Source: Thermoproteota archaeon (GTDB taxonomy: Archaea > Korarchaeota > Korarchaeia > Korarchaeales > Korarchaeaceae). Taken from it: a DNA stretch of 64,000 bases. Shown piece after piece: positions 46,736 through 57,196 of the stretch (positions within the stretch are counted from its first letter, which is position 1; each line of letters opens with the position of its first letter). Below the pieces are notes generated by a model. The model did no database searches, was not told the origin of the DNA, and saw only the letters and a program-made list of their open reading frames with translations. The translations under genes and the position numbers were made by a program. The DNA lies in assembly GCA_027492205.1 (NCBI GenBank), contig JAOZFN010000007.1, positions 303,112-367,111 on the forward strand, given 5' to 3'.

Positions 46736-48061
46736 TCACCACCCATCCATCGGCTCCAGACCAGACGCGAGGAGAGCGAATCTCCACGCTCCCAGCTCTG
46801 CACTTCTCAATTCAGCTAAGTTCACCGAGCCCGACCTCATGTAGGACTCAAGCGCCGCCCTGTCGAGCCCGGCCATCTCCAGGGCGGACCTGATGACTGA
46901 CTTCTTCACCCTCACAACTCGCCCGTCTGGATATCTGACCTCAAACGACCCACCCAGTATCCTCTTCAACTTCCCCTGAACCTTCGCCGCTATGCCTGAC
47001 CTCTCCGACCGCCCCCCTGAGGTTGGGGTCTCCTGGGGTGCCTTGCCGGGGGCCCTGCCGGTGCTGGCCTGTCGTTGAGCTTGAGGCGTCCCCGCGTACA
47101 CCAGGTGAATGGGGGGCAGGCCGCTCGATCCGGTCGGCTGGGACTCCGGGTGGGGCTCGGCCGAGAAGATCTCCCTGAGTTCCGACTCTACGCTCTCAAA
47201 GCTGGGCGCCGGCGTCTCAGGAGCTGGGCGGGCCTTTTCTATGCGAATCGCCTCAACTCGCTCCAAGATAGTGTCTAGGCGCTCAGCTAAGGTCCTGACT
47301 GGTCGCAGCCTGGGGAGCCTGTCCAGCGGGATGGCGTCGTGGACCATAAGCCTCGCCAGCTCGGGGTCTTCCGGCAGGACTATGGGGCGCCTCCCGAAGT
47401 AGGTGTCCACCAGGTCTTCCCACCTCATCCCGGTCTCGTCGAAGGGCTCTGACTTGTGAAACCTGTTCAGGATCACCGCCACCGTCGGCGCTCCCCTGTC
47501 CTCCAGCGCCCGGCACATTGACGCCGTGGCGACAACCCTCCTTCTCGAGGGGGTGACCACTGCGACGGCCGCGTCTATCCACTCAGAGAGCGCGTGGGCA
47601 AACTCCGCGAGGGAGGGGTCCCCGGGAGGGAAGTCGAGGAGCGCCAGCTCGATCCCCCTCTCCTCCAAGGCCGCCCGGATTCTCTCTAGCGATTCCCTGA
47701 GACGCTCTGCGTCGAGAGACCTTACCTCCGCTACTCTCGAAATCGCCCCCGGGATGACCGAGAGGGATCTCAACCCCGGGGGTGACACCCTGCCTCCCGG
47801 AATCGACAGTAGGACTCGGGGGGCGATCAAGACGGAGTCGAGGTCTGCCCTGTCGAGCAGGAGATCCACCAAGTCAGGCCCCGACCAGCGACCGAGAAGC
47901 ATCTTAGTCAGCATGGCCTCCGTCACGTCTGCGTCGACGGCCGCGATCCTCGAGAGTTCCCTTCGAGATCCGTAGGAAAGCGCAAGCGCCAGGAGAAAAG
48001 AGATCGTTGTCTTTCCCACGCCCCCCGTTCCGACGACGCCGACCGCCCTCGTGTAAGTCAT
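46736..48061 (-). CDS. MinD/ParA-family ATPase (TadZ/CpaE-like) with C-terminal extension
   Basis: GTGGVGKTT, AVDAD, LLDFPP, VILNR; TTATATA promoter at about 48083-48089. Confidence 0.85.
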   Translation of the reverse strand: MTYTRAVGVVGTGGVGKTTISFLLALALSYGSRRELSRIAAVDADVTEAMLTKMLLGRWSGPDLVDLLLDRADLDSVLIAPRVLLSIPGGRVSPPGLRSLSVIPGAISRVAEVRSLDAERLRESLERIRAALEERGIELALLDFPPGDPSLAEFAHALSEWIDAAVAVVTPSRRRVVATASMCRALEDRGAPTVAVILNRFHKSEPFDETGMRWEDLVDTYFGRRPIVLPEDPELARLMVHDAIPLDRLPRLRPVRTLAERLDTILERVEAIRIEKARPAPETPAPSFESVESELREIFSAEPHPESQPTGSSGLPPIHLVYAGTPQAQRQASTGRAPGKAPQETPTSGGRSERSGIAAKVQGKLKRILGGSFEVRYPDGRVVRVKKSVIRSALEMAGLDRAALESYMRSGSVNLAELRSAELGAWRFALLASGLEPMDGW

Positions 48062-48144
48062 CGCCGGCCACTGTCGAGCAGTATATAACCTGGGGCCGGC
48101 GTCGCACCTGTGGTCACTCAGGTCGACGGAGGCTCTTCAGACGC

Positions 48145-48336
48145 TCAGACGACGCGGATCCTGCGGTAGGGAATCTTGTTCTGCCAGGAGTACCTTCTCA
48201 TCCGCTTGCTCCTGCCAAATCCGCAGGCCGCGCAGTACTTCTTTCTCACGTTGTACGCGTGCCTCCCGCACCTTCTGCAGCGGATGTGGGTCTTACCACG
48301 GGACCTCTTTCCCATGGAGGGAGTTCCCTTCACCAT
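48145..48336 (-). CDS. rpl37e: 50S ribosomal protein L37e
   Basis: [11 protein letters not shown]...THIRCRRCG...CAACGFG. Confidence 0.98.
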   Translation of the reverse strand: MVKGTPSMGKRSRGKTHIRCRRCGRHAYNVRKKYCAACGFGRSKRMRRYSWQNKIPYRRIRVV

Positions 48337-48375
48337 CGCCAGACACCTCCGAGTTCAGCCCTCGGCCCGACTGCG

Positions 48376-48636
48376 CTACCTCCCCCCAGACCCGCCGGGG
48401 GTCGAGATGGCCACCACCGTGTCCCCCCGGATGAGTATCCTCTTGCCGAGCCTGGTAGTCTTAAGCTGGACCCCCTCAGGGGTCTGCACGTGGTACATCT
48501 CCTCAGCGTTGTCGACTATCAGATTGAGGTGGTTGTCGAAGGCCCTGAGTATGCCCCGGACCCAAGACCCGTTCTTAAGGGACACCAGCACGTTCCCATT
48601 CATGTTCCTGGTGAGGTACTGCATGGCGTTGCTCAT
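48376..48636 (-). CDS. Sm-like (Lsm/SmAP) protein
   Basis: VSLKNG..VRGILRAFDNHLNL...LIRGDTVVAIS; adjacent to rpl37e. Confidence 0.95.
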   Translation of the reverse strand: MSNAMQYLTRNMNGNVLVSLKNGSWVRGILRAFDNHLNLIVDNAEEMYHVQTPEGVQLKTTRLGKRILIRGDTVVAISTPGGSGGR

Positions 48637-48763
48637 GCGCCCGCGCCCAGGTGCTAGTCGCTTTCGGGGAATTAAACTTTGGCGCGATCGCGTAAGCCCT
48701 CCGCCCAACATCCTTTAAATAGCGTGGGCCCGGCAAAATGACGTCTCGGGAAGGTGTGGAACT

Positions 48764-49171
48764 TTGGGTTTCTTCAGGAAGATCTTCGGCAGGCGGAAAG
48801 ATGGTGAAGAAGAGTACTATGACGAGTACTACGAGGAGGGAGAGTACGAAGATGTCGAGGGTCTGGAGGACATCCCCCCAGTCCACCCGGCCATGGAAGA
48901 AAAGCCCCTGGCGATAAAGCCCGTGGACCTGAGGAGCATGACGGACATCGACCTGATCCTCGGGGAGGTCAGCGACAACAACATAGTGATAGTTCGGTAC
49001 GACGAGCTGGCCAATAAGAGCAGTCAGGAACTCCGAATAGCGCTGCAGCAGCTGAAGGAGAAGGTCCAGCGGATGGGTGGCGAGGTTGTGCTCATTAAGA
49101 CGGAAGACTACCCGCCCCTTCTCGTGGTTCCGAGCTTCGTGGCAGTCTGGAGCAGTCCTAAGGAGGAGTGA
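48764..49171 (+). CDS. sepF: Cell division protein SepF (archaeal)
   Basis: Amphipathic N-terminus MGFFRKIF; NNIVIV...L...V...GGEV...LLVVP. Confidence 0.8.
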   Translation: MGFFRKIFGRRKDGEEEYYDEYYEEGEYEDVEGLEDIPPVHPAMEEKPLAIKPVDLRSMTDIDLILGEVSDNNIVIVRYDELANKSSQELRIALQQLKEKVQRMGGEVVLIKTEDYPPLLVVPSFVAVWSSPKEE

Positions 49172-49172
49172 A

Positions 49173-51104
49173 TCAGGCCAGGGATAGCCTCTCGGACACC
49201 CTGGGAGCCAGCACGGCTGCCTGGCCCCTGAAGGTCCTCTCCGCTATCGGGCGGAAGGACGCCATCTTCCTCTCCTCGCCGTGCACCAGGATGAACCTCC
49301 TAGGTCTCGGAGAGACGCGACCCATCCAGCTGAGCAGCTGGACCCTGTCGGCGTGCGCAGAGAACCCCTCCACCGAGCAGACGCAAGCCCTCACCTGGGT
49401 TCTGGTCGGGGCGCCGTTCCTCGTGACCGTGATCTCCTTGGCTCCCTCCTTCAGGGCCCTTCCCAGGGTGCCTGGGGGCTGATAGCTGACCAGAACCACG
49501 GCGTTTCTCTCGTCGTCGGCCAGCATGGATAGGTACTCGACGCTCGGCCCTCCAGCGAGCATACCGGACGGGGCCAAGATTATCGCGGGACCTCCCTCGA
49601 CGATCGCCTCCCTGTCCTCCCTGCTGCTCACCGGCGTGATGTGCGGCTCCGTGAAGGGGTCGACATCCTCCTTGAAGACCTTTGACTTCATGTAGTCCGA
49701 CATGTAGTCGGGGTAGGCCGTGTGGATTGCCGTGGCGTCGTAGATCATGCCGTCGATGTACACGGGGATGTCAGGGAGTTCGCCCTTTGAGAAGGCGTCC
49801 ACCAAGCTCAGCATGACCTCTTGAGCCCTGCCGACCGACAGGGCAGGGATAAGCACCTTGCCACCCTTGGCGACCGTCTCCTCGATTATGGAGATCAGCT
49901 GGCGCTCCGCCTCCTGAAGTGGAGGCATGACGTCCCCCTCTCCGGAGTAGGTGGTCTCCATTATGACGGTCTCGACCCTCGGGAACTTGGTGTGGGCCCT
50001 GCTCAGGAGCTTGGTGTCCCTGTACCTGAAGTCACCCGTGTAGAGGATGTTGTGCCTCGCGCTGAGCACGTTGAGGTGGGCCAGCGCAGAGCCCAGTATG
50101 TGCCCGGCGTTGTAGAATGTGAGCTTGATGTCGGGGGATATGTCAACGGTCTCGCCGTAGTCAAGGGCTATCATGTGGTTGATCAGGAGCCTTATCTCCC
50201 TCTCACCGAAGTAAGGGAGCTTTCCCGTGCGCATGGAGACGTTGATGTAGTCGTAGAGCAGCAGCGTGATCAGGTCCCGGGTGGGCCTCGTGACGTAGAC
50301 CGGGCCCCTGTACCCATACTTGAACAGGAGGGGGAGGGCGCCGGAGTGGTCGAGGTGGGCGTGGGTCACTATGACCGCATCCAGCTCGTCCAGGTCGAGG
50401 TCTGGGAGGTCATACCTCGGGAAGAAGTCCCCGCCCCCCACGCCTATGCCGGCGTCCAGCAACACGGAGCTCTCCCCCGTCCTGACGAGTAGGCTGGACC
50501 TGCCGACCTCCCTGGCACCGCCGAGGAACGTGATCGTGAGTCCCCTCCCCAGGGGAACGGGTTCTCTAAAGATCCTCTTGGCGATCCTCCTCAGGTTCTT
50601 CTTCCTCTCGTGGGCCCCCTCGATGAGCAGGTTGTAGAGGACGTTGAGGAACGTTGACTGCATCGTCGGAGCTCTCATGACGACGGGGCGCCACCCTGTA
50701 GCCTTGAGGACCTCGTTTATGCTCGATCCGGCCTTTCCCACGACGTATCCAGTCCTCTTGGCAAGGATGTACACCTCCCCAGTTTCATCCACGAACTCCA
50801 TATCGACAATCTCGGCGCGGTCGGGGATGAGTTCCTTGATCTTCCTCTTCGCCTCCTGAGGCGAGAGGATGGGCTTAGCGGCCCGAATTATGATCTTCTT
50901 CTTCAGCGCCTTGGCTATCTCACCCAGCACGCCCCCGCTGTCGAGGAAGTCGGGCAGGTTCGAGACGTAGGCGACGACGAAGGGCCCCTCTAGCTCCACC
51001 TTCTCTACCTTGCCCAGCTTTGAGAGCTCCGCGCGAACCCTCCGCTTCAGCTGATCCGCGGGGAGGTACCTCGTATCATGGCGAGAAACCATGCTGGTGG
51101 CCAC
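49173..51104 (-). CDS. fttA: Beta-CASP ribonuclease aCPSF1 (FttA) with KH domains
   Basis: EGP, GYVVGKAG KH, LGGAREVGRS, THAHLDH, AGHILG, GFSAHAD. Confidence 0.96.
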   Translation of the reverse strand: MATSMVSRHDTRYLPADQLKRRVRAELSKLGKVEKVELEGPFVVAYVSNLPDFLDSGGVLGEIAKALKKKIIIRAAKPILSPQEAKRKIKELIPDRAEIVDMEFVDETGEVYILAKRTGYVVGKAGSSINEVLKATGWRPVVMRAPTMQSTFLNVLYNLLIEGAHERKKNLRRIAKRIFREPVPLGRGLTITFLGGAREVGRSSLLVRTGESSVLLDAGIGVGGGDFFPRYDLPDLDLDELDAVIVTHAHLDHSGALPLLFKYGYRGPVYVTRPTRDLITLLLYDYINVSMRTGKLPYFGEREIRLLINHMIALDYGETVDISPDIKLTFYNAGHILGSALAHLNVLSARHNILYTGDFRYRDTKLLSRAHTKFPRVETVIMETTYSGEGDVMPPLQEAERQLISIIEETVAKGGKVLIPALSVGRAQEVMLSLVDAFSKGELPDIPVYIDGMIYDATAIHTAYPDYMSDYMKSKVFKEDVDPFTEPHITPVSSREDREAIVEGGPAIILAPSGMLAGGPSVEYLSMLADDERNAVVLVSYQPPGTLGRALKEGAKEITVTRNGAPTRTQVRACVCSVEGFSAHADRVQLLSWMGRVSPRPRRFILVHGEERKMASFRPIAERTFRGQAAVLAPRVSERLSLA

Positions 51105-51105
51105 C

Positions 51106-51798
51106 CTACCGCGCGGTCTTGAGGAACTCCTCTATCTCCTTTGGGGAAAGGAAGCGAACCCCCTCTCCGGTTATCACAGCCACATCCATCCCGTCTCCGG
51201 TAGCCGAGTCTCTCGAGATCGCCGCCGCCATGGCGGATATCGCGAGGTCCTTCGCCTCGTCAACGGGCATCCCCTTGCGGTAGCCCTCCTCAATGACTGA
51301 AATGGCAACCGGCGATCCCGAGCCCGTAGCCAGGTATTCTTCCTCGGTCATCGTGCCGAAGAAGTCCACGTTGAACAGGCGCGGTCCGGTTGAATCCACC
51401 CCTCCGATTATCATGTGGGCAATGAGGAGGACCGGCCTGAATGACTTCAGCAGCAGCGCCAGATACCGGGCCTTCGCGAGGGTGGGCATGTCTTGGCCGT
51501 GCTCGAGCCTGTAGAGGGAGGAGAAAGTCTTCAGATTGTTCACTAGGAACTGTCCGTCTGCCACCAGCCCAGATATTGTGACAACGCTCCTCTCGTCTAT
51601 CTGTATCATCTTCTTGGCCTTCTTGCTGGCCACAAAGGTCTCAGCCGACGCCCTCCTGTCGGAGGCTATCACGACTCCCCCTTCTGCCTTTACCCCCACG
51701 GTCGTCGTGCCCTTCAGGAGCCTCTCCCTGACCTTCTCAAGCTCGGACTCTCTAAGGGGGGTCCTTCCCAAAACTCCGTCTGGTAGCATCTCTGACAT
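51106..51798 (-). CDS. psmB: Proteasome subunit beta
   Basis: KG|TTTVG, ASDRRAS, ATGSGS, RDSATG. Confidence 0.97.
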   Translation of the reverse strand: MSEMLPDGVLGRTPLRESELEKVRERLLKGTTTVGVKAEGGVVIASDRRASAETFVASKKAKKMIQIDERSVVTISGLVADGQFLVNNLKTFSSLYRLEHGQDMPTLAKARYLALLLKSFRPVLLIAHMIIGGVDSTGPRLFNVDFFGTMTEEEYLATGSGSPVAISVIEEGYRKGMPVDEAKDLAISAMAAAISRDSATGDGMDVAVITGEGVRFLSPKEIEEFLKTAR

Positions 51799-51877
51799 CT
51801 CCTTCCACGGGGTGTGGAAAAGCGGGCGCCAGTCCCGGCGCTCCTCGATCCCTCTGGGGATCGCGTATTAATAAGGA

Positions 51878-52360
51878 TTGGTGGGGGCCGGCCCGGAAAG
51901 GGTTGGAGGGTTGGGAAGGAGGGTAGTCACACTAATCCCTAAGGGTCAGGCCAAGACTGGCTATCGCTTCCTATTCGCGGGCCCCGCGGAAGCCTGCAGC
52001 AGATGCAGGCTCAGGTCCGTGTGCGTTGAGAACCTGACAGAGGGACGAGTCTACGAGGTGATATCGGCGATCCCCAAGAAGAAGTTCCCCTGCGACCTTC
52101 ACGGGAGCGAGGTGGTCCCTGTTGAGGTCCACATCCCCCCGATCGAGGTTGCCATTCCCAAGCGCCAGGCAGTGGTCGGGGCTGTTCTCAGATTTAGACC
52201 GCCCAGCTGCCCCGGTGAGTGCGAAAACAGGGATCTGTGTGAGCCGCCTGGTCTGAAGGCGGGCGACCGAATCAAGATAGTCGAGGTCCTCCCCAGGGAT
52301 CTCAGGTGTCCCAAGGGGGAGGACCTGGCTGCGTGTCTCGTCGAGATTCAGGGGGCTTAG
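51878..52360 (+). CDS. UPF0179 family protein
   Basis: VTLI...A..GYRFLF.G...CSRC....C..NL..GRVYEV; start uncertain. Confidence 0.85.
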   Translation: MVGAGPERVGGLGRRVVTLIPKGQAKTGYRFLFAGPAEACSRCRLRSVCVENLTEGRVYEVISAIPKKKFPCDLHGSEVVPVEVHIPPIEVAIPKRQAVVGAVLRFRPPSCPGECENRDLCEPPGLKAGDRIKIVEVLPRDLRCPKGEDLAACLVEIQGA

Positions 52361-53148
52361 GACTCCCTCGAGGCCGCCTCTGAGCTCGCCTCTACCTCGG
52401 CCTCTCCGGCACCCTCCTCCAGCTCTGCGGCCTCGGCCTCTTCCTCTGGGACCTCGTACTCCTCCACAAATCTCACCCGCTTCAGGTCTTTCAGCCACCT
52501 CATGACGGCGGACATGACCCTGATCTTTCTGACGAACGCATCCCTCCTCGTGTAGGCCGTCGGCGGGAGCTCCACCTCGGCGACCTCTCCGTCGATCCTG
52601 GCGTTCACCTTGTCCAGCGGCACCTCGAAGTACCTGGCCACGAGGGCCCTCACCCTCTCCGCCGGGTCTGTCAGGATGGCCTCGGGTCTCAGCCAGACCC
52701 TTATTCTCCTGCCTGCGAGGGGGTGGTTGAAGTCTATTCGAACCCTGCCTCCGCTGATCGACCTGACTATCCCCCTCTCGTCGCCGTATCTTATGATGTC
52801 TCCGACGGCCACGTCCTTGATGCCGGCCTTCTTCAGCCGTGAGATGGGGAAGATCTTCTCCTTGTCGGGATCATACTCCCCGAAGGCATCCTTGGGTTCT
52901 AACTCTACCTCGATCTCCTCCCCGACGCTGCGCCCGACCATGGACTCCTCGGCCCTCTTGAATACCCTGCCCTCCCCTACCACTATCAGCATGGGCTCGT
53001 ACAGGTCATCTGGAGAGTAGATACCGGCCTCTCGGGCCTCCTCCTCGATGGTGGTCATGTAGACCTTTCCGGTCTCGGCGTCCGCGACCCTGACGCTGAC
53101 CAGGGCGAAGTCCCCCTCCTTGATCTCTCCCTCTCGCGCGTCCGACAT
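52357..53148 (-). CDS. FKBP-type peptidyl-prolyl isomerase (long archaeal SlyD-like)
   Basis: IKEGDF, PKDAFG, RVRIDFNHPLAG; acidic tail. Confidence 0.93.
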   Translation of the reverse strand: MSDAREGEIKEGDFALVSVRVADAETGKVYMTTIEEEAREAGIYSPDDLYEPMLIVVGEGRVFKRAEESMVGRSVGEEIEVELEPKDAFGEYDPDKEKIFPISRLKKAGIKDVAVGDIIRYGDERGIVRSISGGRVRIDFNHPLAGRRIRVWLRPEAILTDPAERVRALVARYFEVPLDKVNARIDGEVAEVELPPTAYTRRDAFVRKIRVMSAVMRWLKDLKRVRFVEEYEVPEEEAEAAELEEGAGEAEVEASSEAASRES

Positions 53149-53161
53149 CTCGGCGTTCACC

Positions 53162-54607
53162 TCACCCCTTGACCACGCCGATAGGCGTGAGCCTGGCCAC
53201 CATCCTCGCGATTCCGGCCTTGTGGGTGGCCAGGACGACCTCGTCAACATCCTTGTAGGCGCCGGGAGCTTCCTCGGCGGCCACCGCCAGGGAGGCTGGC
53301 TTCACTATGATGCCCCTCTTGGCGAGCATCTCCACGATCTGGCTTCCCCTGTAGGTCCTCTTGGCGCGGGCCCTGCTCATCACCCTGCCGGCGCCGTGGG
53401 CGGAGGTCCCGAAGGTCTCCCGCATGGCCTGCTCCGTGCCGACCATGACGTAGCTGGCGGTCCCCTGGGACCCCGGTATCAGGACGGGCTGGCCGATGTC
53501 CCTGTAGTCCGACGGGATCTCCGGCCTGCCGGGTGGGAAGGCCCTGGTGGCGCCCTTCCTGTGCACGAAGACCTTGACGGTCTTCCCGTCCACCACGTGC
53601 TCCTCCAGCTTGGCTATGTTGTGGGCCACGTCGTAGACCATCCTCATCCCCATGTCCTCGGCCGACCTCCCAAAGACCGCCTCGAAAGACTCCCTGACCC
53701 AGTGGACAATCATCTGCCTGTTGGCCCACGCGTAGTTTGCGGCCCCCTTCATGGCGGCGAAGTACCTCTGGGCCAGCTTGGAGTTCGCGTAGGCACAGAC
53801 CAGCTGCCTGTCGGGGAGCCTGAAGTCCAGGTTCCTGGCCTCCCTGAGCATCAAGCCAAGGTAGTCGTCGGCGACCTGGTGGCCGAATCCCCTGCTCCCG
53901 GTGTGTATCATCACTGTGACCTGGCCCGGCTCTTCGATCCCCATGGCCCTCGCGGCCTCGGGGTCGTAGATCTTGTCCACCACCTGGACCTCGAGGAAGT
54001 GGTTCCCGCTCCCGAGGGAGCCGAGCTGGGGGGCGCCCCTCTCCTTGGCCCTGCGGCCGATCGCGTTGGGGTCGGCGCCCTCCATCATGCCGCCCTCCTC
54101 GGTGTGGGCCAGGTCCTCCTCCCACCCGTACCCGTGCTCCACGGCCCACCTGGCCCCCATCACTATGACCTCGTCCAGCTGGGCGGGGGAGAGCCTCACC
54201 TTGCCCCTGCTGCCCAGCCCCGAGGGCACGTTGGAGAACAGCTTGTCTACGAGCTGCTTGAGCCTTGGACGAACGTCGGACTCCCTCAAGTCCGTCCTGA
54301 GAAGTCGGACCCCACAGTTGATGTCGAATCCGACGCCTCCCGGGCTTATCACCCCCTCGTAGGCATCAAAGGCCGCGACGCCCCCGATCGGAAAGCCGTA
54401 GCCCGAGTGCATGTCCGGCATGGCCAGAGAGTACTTGTAGATGCCGGGCAGGGTGGCGACGTTGGCCAGCTGATCGACCGACATCTTCTCGACTCCTCGA
54501 ATGAGCTTCTCAGTGGAGATTATCAGCCCGGGAACCCTCATTCCAGCCTTGTATCCCTTCGGGAGGAGCCACCTGACCTCATCAACCCTCCGGAGGACGG
54601 ACAGCAT
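53162..54607 (-). CDS. rtcB: RNA-splicing ligase RtcB
   Basis: [49 protein letters not shown]. Confidence 0.98.
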   Translation of the reverse strand: MLSVLRRVDEVRWLLPKGYKAGMRVPGLIISTEKLIRGVEKMSVDQLANVATLPGIYKYSLAMPDMHSGYGFPIGGVAAFDAYEGVISPGGVGFDINCGVRLLRTDLRESDVRPRLKQLVDKLFSNVPSGLGSRGKVRLSPAQLDEVIVMGARWAVEHGYGWEEDLAHTEEGGMMEGADPNAIGRRAKERGAPQLGSLGSGNHFLEVQVVDKIYDPEAARAMGIEEPGQVTVMIHTGSRGFGHQVADDYLGLMLREARNLDFRLPDRQLVCAYANSKLAQRYFAAMKGAANYAWANRQMIVHWVRESFEAVFGRSAEDMGMRMVYDVAHNIAKLEEHVVDGKTVKVFVHRKGATRAFPPGRPEIPSDYRDIGQPVLIPGSQGTASYVMVGTEQAMRETFGTSAHGAGRVMSRARAKRTYRGSQIVEMLAKRGIIVKPASLAVAAEEAPGAYKDVDEVVLATHKAGIARMVARLTPIGVVKG

Positions 54608-54670
54608 GATCACACCTCGGCGCGAACCGCCGTATGGGGGGAATAAAAATTCGGGGCGGCGCGTCAACCG

Positions 54671-55570
54671 GTGCGCGTATTCGCAGGCATCGACCGCGAG
54701 ATGCTGGAGAGGTACAGGCTTCTCATGGCCGAGTACGGTATAAGCCTCAGGAAGGAGGCTGATCAGCACCTCCTGCTCAACCTGGAGGCCCTCGACCTCA
54801 TGGTGGACTCCGCGGGGATCAGGGGGTCCGACGCCGTATTGGAGGTCGGCCCTGGTCCTGGAAATCTCACGGAGAGAATAGTTGGGAAGAGGCCCAAGTC
54901 GCTGACGCTTGTTGAGAGGGATAGAAGGTTCGTGAGGCTGTTGGAGGATCGGTTCGGGGGTCTCGAGTGGGTCGAGGTGGTCAGGGACAGCGCGCTCAGG
55001 GTGCTGCCCGACGAAGACCACGCGGTAATGGTGTCCAACCCACCTTACGGGATCTCGTCGAGGCTTGTGGTGGGGCTCTCGTTGAGCAGATTTGAGAGGG
55101 TGGTGCTGACCTTTCAGCAGGAGTTCGGTAGGAGGCTGACCGCCAGTCCCGGAACTCCGGCCTACGGGAGCCTCTCGGTGCTGACTCAGGTCAGGTACGA
55201 CGTGGCGCAGCTGGCGCTGCTGAGGGCCTCCTGCTTCTACCCCCGCCCCAAGGTGGATACCGTGATACTCCTCCTCAGGTCGAGAAACCCCCCGGGGCCC
55301 GAGCTGAGAGTGCTGAAGGGGGTCCTCCCGCACATCTTCTCGAGGAGGAAGAGGACGCTCCGCGCGGCCCTGAAGGGCTGGCTTCGGGGCGTTCTCGGGC
55401 TGGAGGAGCCCCTCTTGTCCGAAGTACTAGCCCAGTGCCCGATATCGACGGACGAGAGGGTCTACAAGATCCCCCCAGATGAATACCTCGAGCTGGCCTC
55501 CTTCCTGAAGGGTGTCTCGGATGAGGTGGCTGGAGGTCGAGGTGGAGGGACTGCGGATCAGGGTCCCTGA
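54671..55570 (+). CDS. rsmA: 16S rRNA m6,2A dimethyltransferase
   Basis: [37 protein letters not shown]. Confidence 0.93.
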   Translation: MRVFAGIDREMLERYRLLMAEYGISLRKEADQHLLLNLEALDLMVDSAGIRGSDAVLEVGPGPGNLTERIVGKRPKSLTLVERDRRFVRLLEDRFGGLEWVEVVRDSALRVLPDEDHAVMVSNPPYGISSRLVVGLSLSRFERVVLTFQQEFGRRLTASPGTPAYGSLSVLTQVRYDVAQLALLRASCFYPRPKVDTVILLLRSRNPPGPELRVLKGVLPHIFSRRKRTLRAALKGWLRGVLGLEEPLLSEVLAQCPISTDERVYKIPPDEYLELASFLKGVSDEVAGGRGGGTADQGP

Positions 55571-56120
55571 GTCGGTCTACCCACCCGAGCTGGACACCGC
55601 GCTCATGCTCAGGTGTCTACGAAGCGCTCACCCGGCAGGGAAGAGGGTCCTTGATGTCGGCACCGGATCCGGCGCGCTGGCGGTGGCCGCGGCCCTCTGG
55701 GGGGCATCAGAGGTCGTGGCCACGGACGTTAACCCTATGTGCGAGCTGGCCGTGGAGGTCAACTCCCGGAGGTACGGCGTTCAGGTCGAGTTCAGGCTGG
55801 GTGATCTCTTTCAGCCGGTCACAGGGGAGAGGTTCGAGCTAATAACGTTCAACCCCCCGTATCTGGCTGAAGAGCCTCGAGACCTCGCCTCGGCCGCCTG
55901 GGCCGGCGGCCCGAGGGGCAGGCGGCTGATAGACCGCTTCGTCGAGGGGGTTGGAGAGCACCTGACGCACGGCGGGACTGCCCTCCTGCTCCAGGCCGAG
56001 TCCAACGACCTAGAAGAGACGCTGAACCTCGCCAAGACGCTGGGCCTCTCGGTCACTCCCGTGGGCTCTCAGAAGGTGGCCTTCGACAGGCTGTGGGTGC
56101 TGAGAATCAGCCTCCCCTGA
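55521..56120 (+). CDS. HemK2/Mtq2-family protein methyltransferase
   Basis: VYPP..DT, LDVGTGSG, FNPPY, WAGG..GR. Confidence 0.92.
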   Translation: MRWLEVEVEGLRIRVPESVYPPELDTALMLRCLRSAHPAGKRVLDVGTGSGALAVAAALWGASEVVATDVNPMCELAVEVNSRRYGVQVEFRLGDLFQPVTGERFELITFNPPYLAEEPRDLASAAWAGGPRGRRLIDRFVEGVGEHLTHGGTALLLQAESNDLEETLNLAKTLGLSVTPVGSQKVAFDRLWVLRISLP

Positions 56121-56325
56121 GGGCCTCAAGCGCCTCCTTGGCCATCTTGTAGTGCTTCTTGCACAGTGGAATGTGCCTCAACCCCCTGTTCTTCAGGCGG
56201 AGCTTAAGCGCCTGTAGAGCAGGTACGAACGACCTGCCGACGATCTTGGCGGCCGGCTCGTCGCACCCGACGACGGCGCAGGTCCTCCCTTCAACATCGA
56301 CCTCTCCTTCAGGCAAATCGATCAC
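56107..56325 (-). CDS. Small Zn-finger protein
   Basis: CAVVGC...LCKKHYK. Confidence 0.75.
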   Translation of the reverse strand: MIDLPEGEVDVEGRTCAVVGCDEPAAKIVGRSFVPALQALKLRLKNRGLRHIPLCKKHYKMAKEALEALRGG

Positions 56326-56339
56326 CCCATATCCGTATG

Positions 56340-56418
56340 TGGCGGGCCCGGCGGGACTTGAACCCGCGACCACCGGCTCCGGAGGCCGGCGCTCTGATCC
56401 GTGCTGAGCTACGGGCCC
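56340..56418 (-). tRNA. tRNA-Arg(CCG), encoded CCA
   Basis: GGGCCCGTAGCTCAG...CCGGC-CTCCGGA-GCCGG...GGTTCAAGTCC...GGGCCCGCCA. Confidence 0.96.
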
Positions 56419-56463
56419 CGGCCAAAAGGGGCCGACGGAAAAATTAACGTTGCGTCGAGGGGG

Positions 56464-56628
56464 CTACGCGGTCTTGAACTCCGTGTACCCGCACTTGCCG
56501 CAGGTCCACCTGTTCTCGTGCTCGGCCATGAAGGATCCGCATCTGGGGCACTGCCTCTTCTTCCTGACGAGCTTCCCGTCCTTGATCTCGTAGTAGGTGT
56601 GAACCCGGACGTTCGCGTGCTTGACCAA
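56464..56628 (-). CDS. rps27ae: 30S ribosomal protein S27ae, absent from the ORF track
   Basis: [41 protein letters not shown]. Confidence 0.96.
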   Translation of the reverse strand: MVKHANVRVHTYYEIKDGKLVRKKRQCPRCGSFMAEHENRWTCGKCGYTEFKTA

Positions 56629-56642
56629 CGATCACACCTCCC

Positions 56643-56948
56643 TCAACTCGCCTGGTCTCCCCCCTCGCCCCCTGCGCCCTCGTTCTTCCTTATGACGTGC
56701 TCGGGCTCTATCTGGAGCGCGTAGTCTCGGTCGTCGTAGGCCATGGCGAGGACCCTCGCGCGGCGGGCCCCGTACTCGGTCAGGACCCTGCGAACGAACA
56801 CGACGCCCAAATCCTTACCGAGAGCCTTGGCCAAGGCCTCTCGGACTTCCCGCCTGGTTGGAGTCCCGCCCTCGAATGACACGATTGCCCTGACCTCCTC
56901 CCTGCGTAGGAGCGGGTTGCGACGCCTCTCCTCTATCTTCAGCTCCAT
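56643..56948 (-). CDS. rps24e: 30S ribosomal protein S24e
   Basis: RRNPLLRREE...GTPTR...TEYG...IEP. Confidence 0.95.
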   Translation of the reverse strand: MELKIEERRRNPLLRREEVRAIVSFEGGTPTRREVREALAKALGKDLGVVFVRRVLTEYGARRARVLAMAYDDRDYALQIEPEHVIRKNEGAGGEGGDQAS

Positions 56949-57004
56949 GGGAGACCCTCAGCACGGCGAGGCCAGCCGGCCTATTAAAGGGTGGCGTCGC
57001 GGCG

Positions 57005-57196
57005 TCACTCAAGCACCCTCAGCGCGTACATCCCAGACCTGGATATGCCGAGCCTCTTGGCTAGAACGGAGCGAACTGGATCAACGATGGCCACGACCCC
57101 TTCCCAGTTGGGAGTAAGATCGGTGGACCCGCACACGGGGCACGCATCTCCGTCTGTGAGGGCTTTGTCCCTCCTACACGCCCTAAGACGCGCCAC
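57005..57196 (-). CDS. spt4: Transcription elongation factor Spt4 (RpoE'')
   Basis: ACRRD...CPVCGS...WEG...SVLAKRLGI..SGMYAL. Confidence 0.93.
   Translation of the reverse strand: MARLRACRRDKALTDGDACPVCGSTDLTPNWEGVVAIVDPVRSVLAKRLGISRSGMYALRVLE

Noticed and set aside
53120-54646. Long antisense/alternate-frame ORFs (e.g. 53120-54646+, 32295-33224+, 37994-38836+)
   Set aside because: Shadow ORFs of well-supported genes in GC-rich DNA, with no motifs
54614-55333. N-terminal extension of the 723-aa RtcB ORF
   Set aside because: Antisense shadow of rsmA; RtcB homology starts near 54607
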